Origin: Scenedesmus sp. PABB004
Taxonomy: Eukaryota
DNA: 64,000 bases
Reading direction: 5' to 3'
Assembly: GCA_014905635.1 (NCBI GenBank)
Contig: JABVCE010000002.1
Location: 1-64,000, forward strand
Under the pieces are notes generated by a model, which worked only from the letters and a program-made list of their open reading frames with translations, was not told the DNA's origin and did not search any database. Of the stretch, positions 11,579 through 22,800 are shown piece after piece. Numbering within the stretch: the stretch's first letter is position 1; each line of letters opens with the position of its first letter. The position numbers and the translations under genes are program-made.

Positions 11579-14500
11579 ATGGCGGCGCCGGCGCTGGGCG
11601 CGATGGCGCCGCCGCTGCGTGCCCACGCCGTCGAGCTGGGCGTGCGCGTCCGCAAGCAGTTCCTCTCCGATGAAGAGACGCCCGCTCTGGTCTGGTTTGA
11701 AGGGCGTGTGATGAAATACGATGGCCGCTGGCAGAGGTGAGGCAAGCGGCGCGCCGCCGCCGGCGCTGCCCGGCGCGGGGAGCGCAGCCTCGTCCTCGGG
11801 CCGTGCATTGCGCAGGGAGCGCAGCCTCGTCCTCGGGCCGTGCATTGCGGGTCCGGGATGCGGCGCGGTGCCGGCGCCACCCCGCGCCGCGGCGCGCGCG
11901 GCGCGGCGCGCGGCGCCACCCCGGCGCGGTGCCGGCGCCACCCCTGCGCCGCTCACGCGCGCAGGTACCTGGTGGAGTATGAGGACGGCGACAGCGAGGA
12001 GATGACGTGGGGCGAGCTGCGCCGCCACATGCTGCCGCTGCACGACCGCGGCGCGCCAGGTGCGGCGTCGCCACGTCGGCCAGCGCCGACGATCGGCGCC
12101 GACGCGGGGGGCGGCCAGCGCTGCTGAGCCGCCGGCGCTGCCGCCGCGGAACGCCGAGCGCCGCCCACGGCCGCCTCGGCGACCTCACTCCGGGCCCGCC
12201 CGCAGGCTCACCGGCTGCGGCGGCCGCCGAGCCGGCGCCCACGCCGCGCGCCCGCGGCGCGAAGGTGCGCCGTGCGCTGGCCGCGCTGCGCGGAGCTCCC
12301 TCCGCACAGCAGCCCCAACGCCCCCCGCCCCCTCTGGGCCCGGCCGCCCTGCTGCAGGCCAAGGCGGGCACCACCGACAGCTGCTCGCGTGAGGGCTCCT
12401 GCGACGTGGCCGCGGCTGCGGCGGCGGACCAGAGCAAGCGCAGCGGCGTGGCGGCTGCAGCGGCAGCCGCTGCGCCCGCGGCGGCCAAGCCCGCGGCGGC
12501 CAAGCGCGCGGCGGCCAAGCCCGCGGCGGGCAAGCCAGCGGCGGCCAAGCCCCCAGCAGGTCCTCAGCGTGCGCGGCCGGCGCCGCGCCCGCCGCGCTCG
12601 CCGGCAGGCAAGGCAGCAGCCAGCGGCGGCACGTCCGGCGCCGAGGAGCGCAGCAGCAGCGCCGAGGGCGGCAGCCCAGGCCCGGGCGACGCGCCCGAGG
12701 CGGCTGCGGCCGGCGCGGCGGCTGCGGCCGGCGCGGCGGCTGCGGCCGGCGCGGCGGCACCAGGGGCTGCTGCGGCAGGCCGCAAGAAGCTGCTGGCGCG
12801 CAAGTCCTGCAGCGGCGCGGTGTGCCGCGTGGCGGCGGGGGCCTTCCTGAAAAAGGCACGCATGGGCGACGGCGCGGTGGGCGGCGCGGGCGGCAAGAAG
12901 AAGCGCGGCGGCGGCAGCGGCAGCGACGGCCCTGCTGCAGCAGCGGCTGCTGCGGCTGCAGCGGGCGCGGAGGGCGGCGGCCCCGCCGTCAAGAAGCAGC
13001 GCAAGCAGAAGGGCAAGCAGGCCGGCGGCGGCGCCGCGGACGGCGCCGCCGCGGACGCCGCGCCGCGCGGCGGCGGCGCCGGCGCGAGCAGCAGCGGCGG
13101 CGCGAAGGCCAAGCCTGACCGGCGCACGGTTGCGCTCGAGGGCTTTGCGCCTGCGCGCGTGCTCGAGGACGCGTTTGTGGCGGCGGGCGCTGACTTTCTC
13201 TCCGGCCTCAGCGCGGACGAGGCGGCGGGCGCCGGCGCGGAGCCGGTGGTGCTCGCGCAGTGCGGCAAGCCGCTGTGGGAGATCAGCGAGGCCGACGTGC
13301 CGGTGGGCGGCGCCGGCGGCGGCGCGGGCGTGCGCTGCCGCGGGGCGAGGCGGCGGGGCGCGGCCGGCAGCGCGCGCGGCCGGCTGGCCCCCGGACGGCG
13401 CTCGCGCGGGCCGCCCCTCCCCTGACGCGCGCGTCCCGGCGTGCGCCGCGCGGCGCAGGTCAAGCCGCCGGAGCAGATGCTGGCGCACCTGGTCAGCACC
13501 GCCAAGGAGTTTGCGCCGGGCAAGGAGCCCTGGCGCCGCTTCATCGGGCTGTCGCCGCAGCCCGCCGCCGGCGGCAGCGGCGGCAGCGACCCCGGCAGCA
13601 GCGCTGGCGCCGGCAGCGGCGCCGGCGGCATCACCTGCGAGCGCGCCGCGGCGGCGGTCGCGGCCGGCAAGGCGCTGTGGGTGGCGGAGGCGCCGTACGC
13701 GGACGGCGACGCCGCGCTGGCGGGCGCGATGCAGGCGGCGCGGGACGAGTACTGGCGCGAGTACAGGCTGGTGCGTGGGGTTTGTGGTTGTGTGTTTGAA
13801 GGGGGCGTGACGGGCACCGCGCACAGCGCGCAGCGCGCAGCCGGCCCTGGCCAGCCTGCGCCGGGCGGGGCCGTTGACGCGGCCGCCCGGCCGCGCCGCC
13901 CGCGCGCCCACGCCCGCCGCCCACGCCTGCCGCCCTTGCCGCCGCCGCCGGCGCAGGCGCGCGCGTCCGAGGCCGAGCGCGTCGCGCGCGTGCGCGCCGA
14001 GCAGGGCGGCGCCAAGGCGGCAGCAGCGGCGCCCGAGCCGGGCGACGACGCGGGCGGCCAGGAGGGCGGCGGCGAGGCGGCGGCGGGCGGCGACAAGGAC
14101 AAGCTGCCGAGCCAGCGGCCCGACCGCGTCGCCGAGTCGCGCATGCTGCTGGACCGCGCCGTCAACGACCGCGGCGCGTGGGGCCACGTGCCGGGCGTGC
14201 GCGTCAACACCACGTGCGCGGCGCGCGCGCCCGCCGCGCCGCCGCCCGCCCGGCCGGCTGGCGGCCGCGGCGGCGCTGGCGGCGGCGGCCGCGCGGCCCT
14301 GGCGCGCCTTCTCATACGTGCGCGCCGCCGCCCGGGCCCCCACCCCGCCCCGCCCCGTGCTGCCCCTCCCGCACACACACACACCACACGCAGCTACATG
14401 CTGCGCTCCGAGGCCAGCGTCCTGGGCGTGCACAAGTCGCCGCTCTGCGGCATCGTCGCCGCCGACGTGCCGGGCGCGATCGGTGCGCCCCCGCACGCGC

Positions 14501-17500
14501 GCGCGCGCCGCGCCCGCGCCCCCCGCGTCCTCACACCCCCTCGCCCCCTCCCTCCCCCCTCTCCCTGCCCCGCCCTGCGCCACGCGCTGCGCCAGAGGTT
14601 GGCGGCGTGTCCTACCGGGGCGTGCGCGCCGCGACGAGCGTGGTGATGAGCGGGTGCTACGAGGACGACACGGACAGCGGCAGGGCGGAGATCGTCACCT
14701 ACACCGGTGCGGGGCGGCGTGGGGGGGGGTGTGGGGGCGGGTGCGGAGGCGGTGGGCGGGTTGTGTGTGCGGGTGGGTGGCGTGGGCGGGTTGTGTGTGC
14801 AGGTGGGGTGGCGTGGGCGGGCGGATGGTGTGCAGGTGGTGGGTGGTGCGCGTGTGTTCGGGAGGCAGGCGAGGCGCGGCGGCGCGCGCCCGCGCCCACG
14901 CCGCGCGCGCGCCCGCTCACGCGCCGCGCCCCGCGCGTCAGGCGAGGGCGGCAACGACCTGCTGGGCCGCAAGCTGCAGGTGGCGGGGCAGACGCTGAGG
15001 CGCGGCAACCGCGCGCTCATGGCCAACGTCGCGCTCGGCCTGCCCGTGCGCGTGCTGCGCCGCAACGACGACCCCGCCGCGCCCACCGCGTCGGTGCTCT
15101 TCTACGATGGACTCTACAGCGTGGTGCGGCCGCTGCGGGGCTGTTGTGGGCGTGTGTGGTGTGTGTGGGTGGTTGGTGTGGGTGTGGGTGGAGGGGGTGG
15201 AGGAGGTGCGGCGTGCGAGCGTGCCGGCGGGCCCTGCTCGACGCGCCCCACCGCCGCCGCGCCGCCGCGCGCCGCACGTACCAGGTGTCGTGGGTGAAGG
15301 CCCTGGGGCGCCAGGGCAAGGAGGTCTACGTCTTTGGCCTCAAGCGCCGCCCGGGGCAGGACCCGCCGCTCAGCAAGCCGGTGCGGGGGGCGCCGCGCCG
15401 CGCGCGTGTGCGGCCCACGCTCCGCGCCCCGGCACACCCCCCCCCCCCCCCCCACACCCACCCACACGCACACACACACACACACACCCGCGCCCCGCCC
15501 TGCGCCGCCCTGCGCCGCCTGCACCCCTGTGCCGGCAGATCCCTCACTTCAAGGCCGTGGGCACCGCCAAGAAGGGCGTGAGCGTGCAGCTGCGCGAGCA
15601 CATCGTGTGCAGGGACGTCTCCAAGGGCGCCGAGGCGACGCCCGTGGTCGCGGTCAACGAGGTCAGACGCGGCGGGGGGTTTGGGGAGAGGGGAGCCCTC
15701 TGCGGCGCCCGCGCGCGCCCGCGCGGGCAGCCGCTCGCGGCGCCCACGCGGCCGCTACGCCGCCGCCGCCGCCGCGCAGGTGGACCGGGAGCTGCCGCCG
15801 GGGCTGTCGCTGCCGGACGACGCCGAGTGGGTGGTGGACGACAAGGACAGCAAGGCGCGGTGAGCCCGGCGCGCCGCCCGGCGCTCGGCCCCGTCCCTTC
15901 CCTCTCCCTGGCTCAGCGCCGTGCCGCTTCGGCTCACGCGCCGCGCTGCGCCGCTGCCCGCGGCAGGCCGTTCAGCGCGAGCGGCCAGGTCTTCCGCTAC
16001 ATCACCTCCAACGAGTACGGCGCCGGCGTGGCGCCGCCGCGGCCGCCGGTGGTGCTGGACGAGGGCAGCCGCGAGGCCGCGGCCGCGATGGCGGCCAGCG
16101 TGGCGGCGGTCAAGGCCGAGGCCGCCGCGGCGGCCGCACGCGCCGCGGCCGACGCCGCGCGCGACGCGGCGCCCCGCGGCGCGGCGGCGCGCGACGCCGG
16201 CGCGGCGGCGGGCCGCGCGGAGGCCGCGGCGGACGCCGCCGACGCGGCGGCGGTGGAGGCTGCGACGCGCGACGCGGCGCGCGCCGAGGCGGCCGCCACG
16301 CGCGCAGCGCAGGCCGCGGCGCGGGCCGAGGCGGCGCGCGGCGACGCCGAGGCCGCCGCCGCGCGCGCGGGCGCCGGCGACGCCGCCAGCGCGGCGGCGG
16401 CGCGCCGCGCGCGCGCGCCGCGCGCGGCCGCGGTCCCGGGCGCCGCCGCCGGCGCCGCGCCGCCGTGCCCCGACAACGGCGCGCGCTGCGCGGGCGCGTG
16501 GGTCAGCCGCCACGTCGCGATCCGGCGCCCGGGCGAGTCGCCGCACGGCCTCCTCGCACGCATCAACCACGGGCGCCTGCCGTACGAGCCGCGGCTGCAG
16601 GCGTCGCGCAGCGAGCGCGGGCCGCTGCTGCCGGTGGTGGACCGCGTGTACCCGGTGCTGACCGAGTGCGGCGACTGGACCGGCTGCGACGACGCCGACT
16701 GCAAGCAGCGCCAGGCGCGGGCGGCGCTGGGGCGGGGCTGGCGGGCGGGGGGGGGGGGGGCGGCGGGGCGGCTGGCTGGCGGGCGGGGCCGCGGGCGGCC
16801 GCGCCGCCGGCGCGCAGCGCGCCGAGCACCTCCCCCGCCCGCGCCGCCCCGCCCCGCCTGCGCCCCCGCCCTGCAGGCGCCGCGCGGGCTGCGCTACAAG
16901 CTGGAGGTGTTCAAGACGGCCGACAAGGGCTGGGGCGTGCGCAGCTGGGACGGCATCAAGGGCGGCACGCTCGTGTGCATCATGTTTGGCACACACGTGC
17001 GGTGAGTGGGCTCGTGCCGCGGCGCCAGGGGGCCGGGGGGGCCGGCTAGAGCACGGAGCACGCGTTTGGCAGTCGTCGGGTCGTGGGCCGGAGCGGCCGG
17101 CCGCCTGTGGGGCAAGGCCGGCGCGGCGGCCGACGCGGCGGCCGCGCACGCCGCCCCGCCCCGCGCCCCGCAGCGCGCGCGACGTCGGCGACGGGCGGCT
17201 GCTGAGTGACAGCGCCTATTTTTTTGACGTCGCGCCGCGCCCCGACGGCCTCAGCGACCCGGACGCCGCGCCGCCGCCAAAGTGCGCGCGCGCCGCGCGG
17301 TGTGCCGCGCGCGCGCTGTGCGATGCGCCCGCCGCGCGCGCGCGGACGCCCGCTCCTCCGCCGCCGCCGCCCGCGCCGTCAACCTCCACCCGCTCCAACC
17401 GCCGCGCACCAGGTACGTGCTGTGCGCGCGCGACCAGGGCGGCGTGGCGCGGTTCATGAACCACAGCTGCGACCCAAACCTCTACGTCCAGCCCCTCTGC

Positions 17501-17799
17501 GCGGGGCACACCGACACCGACAAGCTCAGCATCGGGCTCTTTGCCGCGCGCCACATCCCGGCGTTCACAGAGCTCTCGTGCGCCGTGCCGCGGCGCGCGC
17601 GCCGCGCTGCCAGCTGCGCGACGGCCGCGTCGCGGCGGCTTGCACGCGCCGCGTCGCGGGCTGACCCCGCCGCCGCCGCCGGCGCCGGTGCAGGTACGAC
17701 TACGGCGCAAGCTACATCGAGAGCAACCTCGGCGGCGTGTGCCTCTGCGGCGCCGACTCGTGCCGCTACAAGCCCCGCGCGCGGCGGGGCGGCACGTGA
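11579..17799 (+). CDS. SUVH-family histone H3K9 methyltransferase (N-terminal Tudor-like, SRA/YDG, pre-SET, SET, post-SET)
   Basis: SRA: GHVPGV, SVVMSGCYEDDTD, YTGEGGNDLLG, GNRAL, PVRVLR, FYDGLY. SET: LEVFKTADKGWGVRSWD, ARFMNHSCDPN, ELSYDYG. Post-SET CLCGADSC. TGA 17797-17799. About 14 introns. Confidence 0.9.
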
Positions 17800-18079
17800 G
17801 CAGGGAGCTCGATTGGGTGCGGCGTTGTTCTCCGTTACAAGGCCATTGCATTTGGGGCGCGCGTGTGCATAGGGCGCGCTGAGCGAAGCGCGCGTGCAGG
17901 CCGGCGAGCTGGTCGGTCGGGTGACACGTTGGTCGTCGGTCCCCTGCCTTCCTTCCCAGTCCCCAGAGCTGCCAGCACGCACACGCGACTGCGCCAGCTG
18001 GCGACTGCCCCAACGGCCGCGGCGGCGGCGGCGCGAGAGGCAGCAACCAGGCTCGCAACGCGCAGCGCAGCCGGCGATG

Positions 18080-19554
18080 CCGGGCCTGCACACAGAGCCT
18101 AGTGCTCGAACGGGCCGCGGGCGCTCTGAGCGGTCCGAGCCCATCTGAGCTCTACAGCTCTGCGTGCAGGCTCGGGGCTGCTCGGCCACCACGCGCGCAC
18201 TGCACCCAGCGCCTGCCGCCCGCCACATGCCAACCTGCGCGCATCGCCCGCATCGTCCGCGTCCACGCGCTGGCGCGCCGCCTCGTTCTGCCTGGCGGCG
18301 GCCGCGCGGTCGGCGGCGCCGACGCCCGCCGGCGGCGCGCCTGAGCCGTGCGTGGGGCTGCCGGGGCGAGGCGTCGTAGCCGTCGCCCTTGAAGGGTGCT
18401 TCAGCGCGAGGGCCACGACGCCTGGACCGGCAGCCTCGAGGCCGGCCGAGCACCGCGCGCGCCGGTGTCGGGCGCCACCAGGTCCGACTTGGTGGCGCCG
18501 GACACCGGCGCGGCTCCTCGGTGCGGCGCGCGTTGAAAGACAAAAGCCACCGACGCCAGGAGTCTGGCGGCTTTTATGGCGACGGTGGCTCTGCCTTTGT
18601 CTTCCACGCGCGCCGCGCCAGCCTCGTCGTCCACCTCCGGCAGCTGCGCAGCTGCGCAGCTGCGCAGCTGCGCAGCTGCGCATGCGCGGGAGGGTGGGGC
18701 GGCGGGGCGGGACGGCGCGCGCGGGCAGGCGCGGCAGCGGGCCCGTCGCAGCGCGGCGCGCTGGGCGCCGCCAGCCGGGCGGGGCGATGTGGGGCGAGCG
18801 CCGCCTCGCTTCAGCAGGCGCTTCAGCTCGAGGCGGCGCTCGCCCTGTCGTGTTGGCAGCGGGCGACGCGAAATGCTGGCCACGCGCGCGCGCGCCGGCG
18901 CAGCGCGCAGCCGCGCCCGACGGCGGGGCCGCGCCGGTGGCCGGCGCCGCGCACCTCGTGGTTGAGGTCAAAGATCGTGGCGCCACGATTTTTGACCTGA
19001 ACCACAAGGCGCGGCCGCTTGGGCTGCCCGGCGCGCCCGGCGCGGTGTCGTTGCGCGAGACCCGCATGTGGGAGGCGGCAACGACACCGCGCCGGGCGCG
19101 CCGGGCGAGCAGTGCGCTGCTCGCTGATCTGCATGTCTTGGTGCTGGCACGTCGCGTGCCGACACCAGGCATGCCGGTGAGCGAGCAGCGGTTCTCGCGC
19201 AAGGACCGCGCGCCGCGCTGCTGTGCTGCTGCCGCCGCTGCCGCGCTGCCGCTGCCGCGCCGCCGCCGCCGCCGCTGCGCCTCACCCTCGTCGGTGAGTG
19301 GCTTCACAGCCACGTGGCTTCACAGCGACGCGGTCGTCAAGCCGTTCACCGACGCGGGCGAGGCACGGCAGTGGGGGCGGCGGCGGCGGGCCGTCAGCAG
19401 CTGTGCGCGTGCACCTGCCGCCCCCCCCCCCCAAAGACGCCCCGGCGCAGCGCGACGCGCCCGAGAGTGGGATCGCAGCCGGCGCGGAGGGCGCACTGCG
19501 GCGCAGGCGCGTCGGCGGCGCAGGGCTCGCGCGTCGCGACCGGCGCCGTCGACG
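18080..19554. ncRNA. Candidate structured non-coding RNA: cluster of at least 9 long hairpins
   Basis: Inverted repeats checked base by base: 18080-18175, 18369-18423, 18458-18512, 18523-18616, 18792-18845, 18958-19005, 19026-19106, 19115-19190, 19279-19364, 19510-19554. The repeats are observed; transcription is inferred. Confidence 0.5.
18640..18680. repeat. Self-complementary octamer microsatellite (GCAGCTGC)x5
   Basis: gcagctgc repeated five times in tandem; each unit is a palindrome. Confidence 0.9.
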
Positions 19555-19868
19555 ACGGGCCGCGCCCACGCTCCGGACTTGAGAGTGCCCTGCCCGCTCC
19601 CGCACCGGCGGCGCCCGGCCCTCGCGCGCGATCGCCGGCCGCGCGGCGCGCGCACGTGCGTCGTCGCCGCCGCCGCGCCGCCAGCAGCGCAGCAGCGCGC
19701 GCTGGGCGAGGCCGGGAGGCGGACGCCTGCAAACAGGCGCGTGGCGAGGGCGGGGGGCTCGGATCGGCGCGCCGCCGGCGCCCGGCGCTGTTGCGCGCCG
19801 CCCCACCCTCGCCGCCGCCGCTCGCCGCGCGCCACAGCGGCTTGGCGCGCGCCGCACGTGTGGGCGCG

Positions 19869-22800
19869 ATGCCGCTGCAGGTCCTGGCCGAAAAGGTGCG
19901 CAGGCGCGCGGCTGGGTGCCGCCGCGCCGCGCCTGCGCGCGCCGCGCTCCGCGGTGCGGGGCAGGCCGATGCGCACGTGCTCGCGGCCGAGCTGGCGGCT
20001 GTCGCCGACGCGCTCGACGTGCCGCAGATGCGGCAGACGCTGGGCGTCGAGTCTGCCACCTTCCAGCCGATCAGCCTCGAGCGCTACCGGCAGGCGGCGG
20101 GCGACCTGGAGCGCTTCGCCGACTGGCTCCGCGGCGCGCAGGCGGCGCTGGAGCGCCTCGAGGCCGACCTCGCGGGTGCGCACGTGCTGCGCAGCGCGCG
20201 TGGGGCGGCCGGGCCGGCCGCCGCACGCCGCGCCGCCAGCCCGCGCGCCGCCGCCCGCGCTGCAGCCCCCGCCCGCCCGCCCGCCCGCCCGCCCGCGCCG
20301 CGCCAGGCTTCTGCGCGTCCGCCGCCGCGGCGACGGCGTCGTGCCCGCTGCCCGCGCTCTATTCGGAGCGCGCCGGCACGGGCGAGCTGCGCGCGCTGCC
20401 GCGCGCGTCGCCGCCGCCGGCGCATGCGCACCTCTTCGCGCTGCCCGCCGCGCACGCCGGCCCCCCGGACGACGCCAGCGCGGTCAGGGGGCTGCCCGCG
20501 TCGCTGCACGGCAAGCTGCGGGGCGAGGCGCTCGCGCACATGGAGCAGTGGCTGAGCGCGTGCGCCGACGCCAGGGTGCGTCGCCCCGGCACGCGGGGCG
20601 GGCGGCGGCGCCCAGGTCGTTGCGCGCGCGGGTGCGCGCCCGCCGCTCACCGCGGACTGAGCGTCTGGCCCCTGCCGCCTGCGGCTGCCACGCGCCGCCA
20701 GGCGCGCCTCGCGGCGCTGGACTCGCTGCGCCTGCGCGTCGACGCGCAGCGCCGCAAGGTCGAGCGCCGCAGCCGCCACTTCCTCGCGCTGCACGCGCAG
20801 CACACGGCGGCGCAGCGCGGGCGCGGCCACGGCGGCGCCGCGCCGCCCGCCGACCGCGTGCTGGCGCTCGCCAGCGGCAGCGGCAGCGCCCCGCCGGGCG
20901 CCGCGGCGCAGGAGATCGCGCTGCTCGGGCTGATGCCCGAGCCCGGTGCGCGCGGCGCAGCCAACGGCGGTGCGCGCGGCGCGGCGCGGCGCGGCGCGGC
21001 GTGGGCAGGGCCTGCCCGCCCGCGCCGGTGGCGGCCGGCGTGCACTGAGCGCTCCCACCGCCGCCGCGCCGCGCTGCCAGGCGGCGACGCGAGCGGCGAC
21101 GAGTCGCCCGCCAGCGGCGACGAGGAGAGATGGGCGGCGGCCGTGTACAGGCGGCGCGGCGAGCGCGGGCTCCTGGCGGCGCACGAGATGGTGGAGCACA
21201 AGCTGCAGCGTGAGCGGCGGGGGGCGCGCACGGCGACGGCGCCCCTGCGCTGCGCGGGGACGGCCGCACGGCAGCGCGCGCGGCCTGATCGTGCACTCGC
21301 GGCCTGATCGTGCACTGCTGCCGTCCGCGTGTCTGCGCGTGCTGCCGCAGCCCTGCTGACGGAGTTCCAGGAGGCTGAGCTGGCGCTGTCGACCCTGCTC
21401 GGCTGGCTCGTGACGCAGGTGGGTGCAGGCCCCCAGCACCCGCGCCGCGCCCGCCGCCGCAGCGCGCCCGCCGCCGCAGCGCGCCCGCCGCGCGAGCCGC
21501 CACGCGCGCGCGCCCATGCGAGCGACCGCACCGCGCGCGCCGCGCAGGCGGCGCGGCTGCGGGCGCTCCTGGTGGCCATGCTGCACACGGCGGCCGCCGG
21601 CGTGGAGGGCTGGGCAGCGCCGCAGGGCCTGCTCGAGCCGGTGCCGCCGGGCTTCGCGCCGGGCCAGTCTGCGGGCGCCGGCGCCGCCGCGCAGGCTGCG
21701 TCGCTGCCGAGCGGGGCGGCGCCGGCGCCAGAGGGCGCGGCGGCGGAGGTGCCCGGGCCGCCTGGTGCTGCGCGCTCGTCCCAGGCCCCTGCGGCGGGCC
21801 CGGGGGCGGCCGGCCTGGAGGGCCGGCGCCCTGCAGGCTCCGGTGCGTCCACGCTTGAGGCGGTGGCGGCGGCAGAGGGCTGCCCCGTCGCCGCGGCCGC
21901 GGCCGCGGCCACGGCCGCCACCGCCGCGGCCACGCGGCGCGCGGTGCTGGGAGGCCTGCAGCGCCACAGCAGCAGCCCTGCCGAGCAGGGCGGCCAACAC
22001 GAGCTCAGCGCCCGGGGCGGCGCCGTGGCGGAGGGGCGCGAGGAGGGGCCGGGCGGCAGCGGCAGGCCCGGGCTGCCGGCGCCGCCCGCGGCCGCCGCGC
22101 TGCCCGGCGACGGCGCGGTGCCCGGCAGCCCCATTGCTGTCGGCGACGACGCCGCCAGCGTGCGCCGCTCCAGCAACGCCACGCAGCGGTCGTCCTACCT
22201 CTCGGCCATCTCCAGCTGGGAGATCGGCGGCGAGTCGCCCCCGCACAGCGCCGACGCCACGCCGCACGGCAGCGGCAGCTTCCTGCGCGAGGGCGCCGCG
22301 GCGGCGGCCGGCTCGCCGCGACCGCCGCGCCCCGCCCCGGCCGGCGCGCAGCCGCGGGGGGCGCCGGGCGGCGAGCGCCCGGCGGCGCCGCATGACATGA
22401 CCTACCTCAGCCGTGACCAGGCGCTGCTTGCTGGCATGGGGGACGCGGGCGGCGCGGCGCTGCAGCAGGAGCAGGCGGCGCTGCTCGCGCGCGCGGCCGC
22501 GCTCGAGTCGGAGGCCGCCACGCACGCCGCGGCGGCGGCGGAGGCCGAGCGGCTGCGCGCCGACGCGGCGGCGCGCGCGGCGGCCATCGAGCGCCAGCTG
22601 CGCGCCGAGCTGCCCGACAGGCGGGCGGCGCTGCTGCGCCAGCAGGAGGTGCGGCCGCGGGCTGCGGCAGGGCACCGTCGCTGCCGCTGCCGCCGCCGCC
22701 ACCCGCGCGCGAACCCCTGCACCCCTGCCGCCGCGCGCGCAGGCCGCGTCGGCCGAGCTGGCGCGCCTGCAGTCGGAGCGCGCGGCCGTGCTGGAGGCCG

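Noticed and set aside
14707..15540. GT/CA-rich and poly-G/C introns as functional elements
   Set aside because: Simple-sequence introns of this kind are common in chlorophytes; no specific evidence of function.
18080..19554. Hairpin cluster as CRISPR array, tRNA cluster or telomerase RNA
   Set aside because: Hairpins are not copies of one repeat; no cloverleaf or T-loop motif; no telomere template such as CCCTAAA seen.
18352..19860. 5' part of the 898-aa ORF and overlapping minus-strand ORFs
   Set aside because: No coding-like codon pattern; mirrored peptides on both strands (SKIVAPR, VKP.TD.GEA) come from the palindromes.
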